The notes under the pieces: model-generated
Told to the model about the DNA's origin: nothing
Seen by the model: the letters and a program-made list of their open reading frames with translations, nothing else
Database searches by the model: none
In this document: positions 38,472 through 45,884 of the stretch, piece by piece
Layout of the letters: every line of letters starts with the position of its first letter
How positions within the stretch are numbered: position 1 is the first letter of the stretch
Assembly: GCA_964487335.1 (NCBI GenBank)
Contig: CAZAPT010000004.1
Coordinates: 2,427 to 66,426 of the forward strand
From: an uncultured Dehalococcoidia bacterium
GTDB lineage: Bacteria; Chloroflexota; Dehalococcoidia; DSTF01; JACRBR01
Direction of reading: 5' to 3'
Length of the DNA stretch: 64,000 bases
Translations under genes and position numbers: made by a program

Positions 38472-40763
38472 ATGAGGGCGAGGATGGTTCGAATCGCAGG
38501 AATCGCGCTCGTGGCGGCGGCGCTGCTGGCAACCCCTGCATTGTCGCCACACCGGGTGCTCGCGGCTTCGTACGTGGTGAATTCGACGGCGGACACGGGT
38601 GATCTGTTGTTGGCGGACGGCGTGTGTGACGCGGGTGGCGGGGTGTGCACGCTTCGGGCGGCGATCCAGCAGGCGAACTTCAACCCGGGCGCGGACACGA
38701 TCACATTCAGCATCGGTTCCGGGGTGCGGACGATCGCGCCGATGTCGGCGCTGCCGGACGTGACGGGCGCGGTGACGATCGACGGGACCACGCAGCCGGG
38801 GTTCTCGGGAGCGCCGATCATCGAGCTGTCGGGCGTGAGCGCGGGGAGCGGCGTCGATGGCCTGAAGCTGACCGGCGGAAGCAGCATCGTGAAGGGGCTA
38901 GTGATCAACCGTTGGGGCGCGAACGGGATCGAGATGGCGACGCTGGGCGGGAACACGATCGCAGGGAATTACATCGGCACGGATGTGACCGGGACGATGG
39001 AGCAGCCCAACGGCGGCGACGGGGTGCTGCTTGGGGCGAATGCGTCAAACAACACGATCGGCGGCACGACGGCCGGCTCGAGGAACGTCCTCTCGGGCAA
39101 CCCAGGCTACGGAGTCAGCACTTTCCATACCGGGAGCCCCGCGTCGAACAACCAGATCCTCGGTAACTACATCGGTACGGACGCTTCCGGAGCGACCGCG
39201 TTGCCAAATGCCAGTGGTGTAGGGATCGGCGATCCCAACAATACGATCGGCGGCCCGACGCCGGCCGCACGAAATGTCATCTCTGGGAATACGAACCAGG
39301 GTGTCTTTATCTCCGGTCCCAGCGCTACGGGCACGATCGTTCAAGGAAACTACATCGGCACCGACGTGAGCGGGACGTCGGATCTGGGGAACGCGCACAA
39401 CGGCATTGGTCTCTATGGAGGAACGAGTGCGAACCAAATCGGCGGGCTTGCGCCGGGTGAGGGCAACCTCATCTCCGGAAACGACGGGCTTGGCATCCGG
39501 TACTTCGCACCAGCCATCGGCCAGACGATACAGGGCAATTACGTTGGCACGAACGCCGCAGGTACAGCGGCGATTCCTAATGGATACGGGATGTTCGTCG
39601 GCGGAGACGCGACGATTTCGCCCGTGGGCACCGATCTGATTGAACAGAATCTCGTGTCCGGCAACACGATTGTCGGCATTGACGTCCAGGGACCGCGTAC
39701 GAACGTTTACGGAAACCTGATTGGGACTCAGAGCGATGGAGTAAGCCCGCTGGGCAATGCCGGCCCGGGGATGGACGCGTTCGGCCCGACGACCAATGTC
39801 GGTGGCAGTGCAAGCGGTCAAGGAAACACGATCGCCTTCAACGGTGGCCCTGGCGTATACGCGGGTGGCGCAGCTGTCGTCAGCTACAACTCAATCCACC
39901 ACAACACCGGTGTAGGCATCGTCGTCAGCGGCACCACGAATTCCTTTAGCCACAATGCTGCCTACGCGAACGGTGGACTCGGAATCGATCTGGGCGGCGA
40001 TGGCGTGACCCCGAACGACATGGGAGACGGCGACAGCGGCGCAAACAACCTGCAGAACTACCCGGTGATCACGTCGGCGACGTGGAGCGGGACGGCGACG
40101 AACATCAACGTGACCTTCAACAGCACCGCGAGCACGACGTTCACGCTGGAGTTCTTCTCGAACGATACCTGCGATCCGTCGGGGTACGGGGAGGGGCAGT
40201 CGTACTTCTACTCGAACTCGCCGACGACGGACGCGGGAGGGAACGCGAGCTTCACCGTGACGACGGGCTTCGACTTCCGCGGGAAGGGAATCACGGCGAC
40301 GGCGACGGACCCGAACGGGAACACGTCTGAATTCTCGAACTGCGCACTTGTGCCGGCGCCGGCAGTCGATACAGACGGCGACGGGTGTCCGGATGCGCGG
40401 GAGCTGGGGGCGGACCATAAGACGGGCGGGCAGCGGAACCCGAACGACTTCTGGGACTTCTTCGACGTGCCGACGCCGCCGCTGGTGCCATCGAACACGA
40501 CGGGCACGCGGAACCACGCGATCAGCATCGGGGACGCGATCGGGATCCTGGCGTACATCGGGACGAACAACGCGAACCCGAACCAGGCGAACTCGCAGGG
40601 GGCGACGTACGGGAGCGACTGGAACAACAACGGCATCGCGGACGGACAGGAGTACGACCGGACGCCGGGCGCGCAGGCGTGGGCGCCGGGGCCGCCGAAC
40701 GGGGCGGTGACGATCGGGGACGCGCTGATCGCGGTGAACGGGATCGGGGACAACTGTAATTAG
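38472..40763 (+). CDS. Secreted CSLREA-domain / parallel beta-helix repeat protein with a dockerin-like C-terminal module (paralog 2)
   Basis: Signal peptide; GVCTLRAAIQQAN; GNYIGTD repeats; the C-terminal ~110 aa is identical to paralog 1. Confidence 0.82.
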   Translation: MRARMVRIAGIALVAAALLATPALSPHRVLAASYVVNSTADTGDLLLADGVCDAGGGVCTLRAAIQQANFNPGADTITFSIGSGVRTIAPMSALPDVTGAVTIDGTTQPGFSGAPIIELSGVSAGSGVDGLKLTGGSSIVKGLVINRWGANGIEMATLGGNTIAGNYIGTDVTGTMEQPNGGDGVLLGANASNNTIGGTTAGSRNVLSGNPGYGVSTFHTGSPASNNQILGNYIGTDASGATALPNASGVGIGDPNNTIGGPTPAARNVISGNTNQGVFISGPSATGTIVQGNYIGTDVSGTSDLGNAHNGIGLYGGTSANQIGGLAPGEGNLISGNDGLGIRYFAPAIGQTIQGNYVGTNAAGTAAIPNGYGMFVGGDATISPVGTDLIEQNLVSGNTIVGIDVQGPRTNVYGNLIGTQSDGVSPLGNAGPGMDAFGPTTNVGGSASGQGNTIAFNGGPGVYAGGAAVVSYNSIHHNTGVGIVVSGTTNSFSHNAAYANGGLGIDLGGDGVTPNDMGDGDSGANNLQNYPVITSATWSGTATNINVTFNSTASTTFTLEFFSNDTCDPSGYGEGQSYFYSNSPTTDAGGNASFTVTTGFDFRGKGITATATDPNGNTSEFSNCALVPAPAVDTDGDGCPDARELGADHKTGGQRNPNDFWDFFDVPTPPLVPSNTTGTRNHAISIGDAIGILAYIGTNNANPNQANSQGATYGSDWNNNGIADGQEYDRTPGAQAWAPGPPNGAVTIGDALIAVNGIGDNCN

Positions 40764-40769
40764 GAGCGG
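40440..40769 (+). repeat. Direct repeat copy B
   Basis: See copy A. Confidence 0.85.
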
Positions 40770-40822
40770 CGTGGAGGACGCGTCGTCGGAGTTGCACCTG
40801 GATGATTGGGAAGGATGAGCGT

Positions 40823-43525
40823 ATGAAGCGGTTCGCCGGCTGCGCACTTGCGGCGCTAGCGGCTGCGTGCATGTTCGCGGCGGCAGCGCGTGATGCGAGG
40901 ATCACAAACGCCGATCCGTTCAACGACGTATTCGTGTACAAGACGACGTGGAGCACGCTGGCGCCGAACAGCGCGCCGAACCTCGATATACAGCTGAGCA
41001 TCGATTGTCAGCTCGGCGCGGGCTCGTGTCCTGCCACCTCGAACGCCCCGCTGTTCGATGTGGCGGCGACGCAATACACGGCCAACGTGGTGGCGTGCAC
41101 GGTGACGAACCCCGGAACTGGGGCCTGCGCGGGAAAGGTGCCAACCGACGCGAGGCTCGGCACGGTAGACATGCAACTGAGCACGAACCTGATAGCGGCT
41201 CGCCTGCCGGACAACGTCGATGCGACGACGGGCACCGTTGCGGCGTGCGGCGGGGCCGGCACGAGCACGCTCACACAGACGTTCACGATCTACAACGGAA
41301 ATACGAGCGCCAGTGCGCTCGTCAGCGGCAAAGACGGTCCGGACCTAGACAACCTGCCTGACACGGAGGCCGACGCGTCCGGCGTGGACGCCACTGACGC
41401 GTTGACACCGGGACCGAACGGCATTCCTGATGGAGCCGATGGGCTGCCCGACTACATCAAGCTGATGCTCGATACTTCGCTTCCTACGTTGATCAGCCGC
41501 GGGTTCGGGGTTGCGCAGATCGTGCCGCAATCCGCACAGGTCGACGTGAACTTCCTGACGCTGAACCTGGGGCCGTTCGGCGGCGGTTATGCATCGGTGA
41601 CGACGATTGGCGACGTGCGGCCGATGCTGCTGCCGGACGCCAACGCAAGCCAGGCGACCGAGACGTGCGCGCCGTTCGCGAGCACGGTGCATCTGCTCGG
41701 CACGTCACAGGACAGCTTCGGGACATCGTGGACGGCGAACGGCGTCACGACGACGCATCTGCTGCATGAGCTTCCGACGGTCGCGCGGACGATCACGGGA
41801 TCGGCGGGCGATCCGATCCACTACGCGATCGACGTGTCGGGCGCGGAGGACGTGGATGGAGATGGTGTTCCAGCGACGATCGACCGATGTCCGAACCCCG
41901 ACGTCGGGCTGTTCCCGTCGGCGAACTCATTAACGGCGTCGAGCGGCGCGACCGATACCGACGGCGACGGGATGGGTGACAGTTGCGATCCCGATCCGCT
42001 GACCGCGAACAACTGCCCGGGGACCGCGTTCCCCGGAAAGTCAGCGGCGTGCGCGGGTGACCTGTTTGTCGGGCCGAACTATCCGACGAAAGAGGCGGGC
42101 TGCAGTTACACCGATGCGGGCGGATCGCCGGCGACGTACTCGGAGGACGGCGACCTAAAGAGCACTCACGTGACGTGCGCTGGCACCGCGTGGAAGCCGG
42201 ACCAGGACATCGACGGGGACGGGTGGGCGAACTGGTTCGATAACTGCCCGACGGTTTACAACCCGGAGCAGACGGACGTGAACGCCGACGGCATCGGCGA
42301 TGCGTGCCAGGTGCTCGTGAACACGGCGGCGGGGCCGCGCCCGCCGCGACCGCTGCACGACCACGACGACTTCTGCGACGCGGCGACGACGGTCGGCGGC
42401 ATCACGGCACCGGGCACGACGTGCTTCGCGAGCGTACCGCACGCAGCAGGGACCACGGGCTCAACGCCGACAGCGGGCATCGCACAGGACTCGAACGACG
42501 ACGGCTTCCCGGACTTTCTCGTCGTGCCGGGGTTCAGCTTCGGCGACAAGAACAGCGACTCGGACTGGGATGGGTGTCCGGACTACTCGGAGGTGAGCCA
42601 GACGGCATCGGGTAGCGCGTGCGGGCCGTCCTACGGCGTGGCGAGTGTGCCGAACGCATACCCGAATACTGTCGGTCGCCAGTGCGGCGTCGGGATCACG
42701 ACGTGTCTGAACCCGAAGCTCCCGAACACGAGTGGCGGCAACGAGTGCGGAAGCGGTCCGCCGATTACAGGCGGCGGGGCGACCGTGACGTACAACAGCC
42801 AGACGATGACCGACACGAGCAAGAACTTTCTCTGGAACAGTCTCGTGGGCAAGACGATCACGTCAGGGGCGAGCAGCGGCACGATCGGAAGTAACACCGC
42901 GACGGGAGTGTCGCTCACTGGCAACTGGACGGGAGCGACCCCAGGTCCGGGAGACGCCTACACGATTGCACCAGGAGGTGGGATTTATCTTCCGCCCCAC
43001 ACTATCCAGGACGCCGCGCATTGTGTCGATGGCGGGAAGGACGACCCGAACGGATCGCCGGACGCGCAGGACATCGGGCTGGACTTCAGCCAGCAGGACA
43101 TTCCCGGCACAGGTAACCCGAACGGCGGTAACGCAGACAGCGACGGCGACGGCTGCACGAACCGACACGAGGTGCTCCCGAACACACCAAAGGCGAATGC
43201 AGGCGGCCGCGATCCAATAAACAAGTGGGATTTCTACGACGTCGACACCAACAACAACGGGACAGTGGGGAAGAACCGAGCGATCTCAATCCAAGATACG
43301 ATCGCGATCCTCCAGTACATCGGGGTGAGTTCGGCGAACCCCACCGTTCAAAACGCGAACGGGAAGACGTATGCGGGTGACGACAACCAGGACGGGATCT
43401 CGAACGCGATTACGTTCGACCGAAGTCCGGCCGGCGTCTTGACCGGCCCGCCGAGCGGCGCGGTCTCGATTGCCGACGCCGTCAGCAACGAGAACCAGAT
43501 CGGAGCGAACTGTTCGACGCCGTAA
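40823..43525 (+). CDS. Large secreted protein with thrombospondin-type-3-like Ca-binding repeats and the same dockerin-like C-terminal module
   Basis: ATG 40823 (MKRFAGCALAALAAA signal). Multiple D.D.DG..D..D repeats (DTDGDGMGDSCDPD, DIDGDGWANWFDNC...). The C-terminus ...RDPINKWDFYDV...GDDNQDGISNA...NC aligns to the paralog 1 and 2 tails. Confidence 0.78.
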   Translation: MKRFAGCALAALAAACMFAAAARDARITNADPFNDVFVYKTTWSTLAPNSAPNLDIQLSIDCQLGAGSCPATSNAPLFDVAATQYTANVVACTVTNPGTGACAGKVPTDARLGTVDMQLSTNLIAARLPDNVDATTGTVAACGGAGTSTLTQTFTIYNGNTSASALVSGKDGPDLDNLPDTEADASGVDATDALTPGPNGIPDGADGLPDYIKLMLDTSLPTLISRGFGVAQIVPQSAQVDVNFLTLNLGPFGGGYASVTTIGDVRPMLLPDANASQATETCAPFASTVHLLGTSQDSFGTSWTANGVTTTHLLHELPTVARTITGSAGDPIHYAIDVSGAEDVDGDGVPATIDRCPNPDVGLFPSANSLTASSGATDTDGDGMGDSCDPDPLTANNCPGTAFPGKSAACAGDLFVGPNYPTKEAGCSYTDAGGSPATYSEDGDLKSTHVTCAGTAWKPDQDIDGDGWANWFDNCPTVYNPEQTDVNADGIGDACQVLVNTAAGPRPPRPLHDHDDFCDAATTVGGITAPGTTCFASVPHAAGTTGSTPTAGIAQDSNDDGFPDFLVVPGFSFGDKNSDSDWDGCPDYSEVSQTASGSACGPSYGVASVPNAYPNTVGRQCGVGITTCLNPKLPNTSGGNECGSGPPITGGGATVTYNSQTMTDTSKNFLWNSLVGKTITSGASSGTIGSNTATGVSLTGNWTGATPGPGDAYTIAPGGGIYLPPHTIQDAAHCVDGGKDDPNGSPDAQDIGLDFSQQDIPGTGNPNGGNADSDGDGCTNRHEVLPNTPKANAGGRDPINKWDFYDVDTNNNGTVGKNRAISIQDTIAILQYIGVSSANPTVQNANGKTYAGDDNQDGISNAITFDRSPAGVLTGPPSGAVSIADAVSNENQIGANCSTP

Positions 43526-43563
43526 GTCAGGCGCGCGGTCGAGCGTAACCGGACGAAAGAACG

Positions 43564-43588
43564 AGGCCCCGAGATGATCGGGGCCTCG
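43564..43588. terminator. Candidate bidirectional terminator hairpin
   Basis: GAGGCCCCGA-gatga-TCGGGGCCTC, a 10-bp stem between convergent genes. The flanking T-tracts are weak. Confidence 0.45.
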
Positions 43589-43633
43589 CTGTTCATACGC
43601 TCGCTGCCTGGGCGAGCTGGCGTTGGTTGCCGG

Positions 43634-44119
43634 TTAGCTGTTGCGGCCGGGGTTCTTCTTGCAGTGGTGGTCGCCGAGGTGGAGGCCGTTGTCGCCCTTG
43701 CGGCTGCTGCCGAAGTGGTTGCCGTTGTCGCCGCCGGAGCATTGAGTCGCCGTCGGGACGGGCGTGTCGGTTGCCCCTGGACCCGGCGTGTCGGTCGCGA
43801 CGGCCTCCGTCGCGGTGGGCTCCGGCGTGTCGGTGTCGGTAGCGGTCGGCACAGGCGTGTCCGTAGCGTCCGGCGTATCCGTCGCTGCGGGCGTATCCGT
43901 GGATGTAGCGACGGCGGTCTCGGTGCCGGACGGCGTCTCGGTCGCGGCAGCGGTGGAAGTCGGCGTCTCGGTGTCGGGGGTGCCGGTCACGGTCTCGGTG
44001 CCGACTACGAGCGGATCAGTCGCGAACTTCTTCACTTTGTCGTTCGAGGCGTAGACCCCGGCAGCGGCGAGCGATACGAGCACGATGGCGATACCTGCGG
44101 ACAGGATTTTCTGGCGCAT
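43634..44119 (-). CDS. Secreted or anchored Thr/Pro/Asp-rich repeat protein (TDTP/TETP linker) with a short Cys-containing C-terminal module
   Basis: GAGGAG Shine-Dalgarno 7 nt before the ATG. N-terminal hydrophobic signal/anchor. About 100 aa of T[DE]TP repeats, then CSGGDNGNHFG...HHC. Confidence 0.65.
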   Translation of the reverse strand: MRQKILSAGIAIVLVSLAAAGVYASNDKVKKFATDPLVVGTETVTGTPDTETPTSTAAATETPSGTETAVATSTDTPAATDTPDATDTPVPTATDTDTPEPTATEAVATDTPGPGATDTPVPTATQCSGGDNGNHFGSSRKGDNGLHLGDHHCKKNPGRNS

Positions 44120-44350
44120 TCAGACTCCTCGTGGTGAAACACGTCGACACGGGCGGCGCTCGGCGGCCGCAGACCTCTGACCCACGGTTACTATCGAACG
44201 GTGGCCAGAAACCCGTTGCGGAGGACGGGCAAAATTTCCCAATCTTCGTGCGGCCCAGATTCAGCGTTACAGGTTCGCCGTTGACTGTTCAGATCGGGGT
44301 GACGGCGCCGATAGGTAGGGTGAGGCACCTAATGAGGTGACCTGAATACT

Positions 44351-44449
44351 CTCCGAAAAAGGCAAACCCGTCGTGAGGCGGGGACGCAAAGCCACGGATC
44401 CTCTCCACTTCGGTGGGCGGACAGCCGGGTTGCCGGGCCAGCTTCGGAG
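44351..44449 (+). ncRNA. Candidate c-di-GMP-I (GEMM) riboswitch aptamer
   Basis: Hallmark GGCAAACC (44361-68) and GGGACGCAAAGCC (44381-93) flank a GNRA hairpin CCCGUC-GUGA-GGCGGG. The enclosing P1 is CTCCGAA (44351-57) / TTCGGAG (44443-49). This architecture parallels Vc2-type GEMM. Confidence 0.6.
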
Positions 44450-44455
44450 CCTTGG

Positions 44456-44487
44456 CCCACTTCACACGGGCGTGAGGTGGGTTTTTT
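44456..44487 (+). terminator. Intrinsic terminator (riboswitch expression platform) in the leader of the TadE/G-like gene
   Basis: CCCACTTCAC-acgggc-GTGAGGTGGG, a 10-bp stem with one G.U pair, followed by TTTTTT, about 30 nt before the start codon. Confidence 0.7.
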
Positions 44488-44518
44488 CAATGCTCCGAAA
44501 TCCACTGGGAGGTGGAGC

Positions 44519-45826
44519 ATGGCGCGGTCAGTCCTTCATTTCATCACGTCCATCCGGCAGTTCAGATCGCTCCGTCGCTGCGGCGAGCGGGGCCAAGTGT
44601 TGATGATCGGTGTTCTCATTCTTCCGATCCTACTGGGCGCCTCGGGCCTCGTGATCGATTACGGCATCGCGGCCGCCGCTCGTCGGGACACCCAGAACGC
44701 GGTAGACGCTGCAGCGCTCGCGGCTGCCGGGGTGCGCGTAAAGGGCGGAAGTATCTCGGATGCGACGACGGCTGCGAACTCCTACATCACGAAGAACGGC
44801 TATTCCAGCAGCAACGCCCACGTGTACATTCCGCCGACGACTGGAGCGCATGCCGGTGACAGCAATTACGTGGAAGTCACGCTCACCACGAATCCGCCGA
44901 CGGCGTTCGTCCGAACGGTTGGCATCAACTCCGTGACCATCACGTCTCGTGGCGTCGCGGGGTTCAACAGCAGCGCCGTGAAGCACTACGCGATGGTCGT
45001 CCTCGACCCGACGATGTGCTCGTCGTACAGCCAGTCCAGTGGGAACACGCTCACGCTGAACGGCGGCGGCGTCATGGTAAATTCGTCCTGCAAGCCGTCG
45101 GGCAACCAGGGTGGCGGCAGCACGCTGAAGGCGGACTTCGTCGACTACTACAGCGCAGGCTCCTGGCAGCTGAGCAACAACGCGTCCACGTCCATCGCGG
45201 CAACAGCAGTCACGTCCACGATCACGGATCCGCTCGCATCGAAGGCCCGACCGGACCTCAGCACACTCTCCGTCTCATCCGATTCCGGTGGCACGGCTGC
45301 GAGCCCCTCTCTTAAGCAGGTCAACAGCGACGCCACGCTGCACCCCGGCATCTATTACGGCGGTCTGAAGATCAGCGGGTCCCCGACCATAACGTTCCAG
45401 GCCGGTCTCTATGTCTTCGCAGGCGGCGGCTTCACCTACAGCGCTTCCGCCACGCTATCGGGGACCGACGTGACGTTCTTCAACACCAGCGACCCCTACG
45501 CGTCACATGGGGGATCGTGTGCCAGCATCGCCCTGCAGGGCAGCGGGAGCATCAGCCTGAGCGCCCCCACGAGCGGAACGTACAAGAACATGCTGTTCTG
45601 GCAGGCCGATGACTGCACCGCGCAGATGAAGTATGCCGGCTCGTCCTACCTCACCGTCGGTGTCATCTACCTCCCCAAGGCCGAGCTGAACGTTTCCGGC
45701 GGCGGCACGTTGGGTGCGCTACAGATCGTGGTGAACAACTTCAGCTACACCGGTTCGAGTTCTGTCACGGTGAACTACGCGGATTACGTACCGATTGCCC
45801 CGCCGACCTTTAAGCTGGTCGAATAG
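44519..45826 (+). CDS. TadE/TadG-like (Flp pilus-assembly / pseudopilin-like) protein
   Basis: ATG 44519 after a GGGAGGTGGAG Shine-Dalgarno. N-terminal TM followed by the TadE-like motif LVIDYGIAAAARRDTQNAVDAAALAAA. The rest is Ser/Thr/Gly-rich and likely beta-rich. Confidence 0.7.
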   Translation: MARSVLHFITSIRQFRSLRRCGERGQVLMIGVLILPILLGASGLVIDYGIAAAARRDTQNAVDAAALAAAGVRVKGGSISDATTAANSYITKNGYSSSNAHVYIPPTTGAHAGDSNYVEVTLTTNPPTAFVRTVGINSVTITSRGVAGFNSSAVKHYAMVVLDPTMCSSYSQSSGNTLTLNGGGVMVNSSCKPSGNQGGGSTLKADFVDYYSAGSWQLSNNASTSIAATAVTSTITDPLASKARPDLSTLSVSSDSGGTAASPSLKQVNSDATLHPGIYYGGLKISGSPTITFQAGLYVFAGGGFTYSASATLSGTDVTFFNTSDPYASHGGSCASIALQGSGSISLSAPTSGTYKNMLFWQADDCTAQMKYAGSSYLTVGVIYLPKAELNVSGGGTLGALQIVVNNFSYTGSSSVTVNYADYVPIAPPTFKLVE

Positions 45827-45884
45827 AAGAGCGCCAGCGGAAGTGTGGGCCCGCAGGGATGCGGGCCTTTTCGTTGATGGAGGG

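Noticed and set aside
43574-44137. 187-aa plus-strand ORF antisense to the Thr/Pro-rich protein gene
   Set aside because: It is the antisense frame of a repeat-rich gene (Ala/Val/Gly repeats mirror the TDTP repeats). The minus-strand gene has a proper Shine-Dalgarno and signal peptide.
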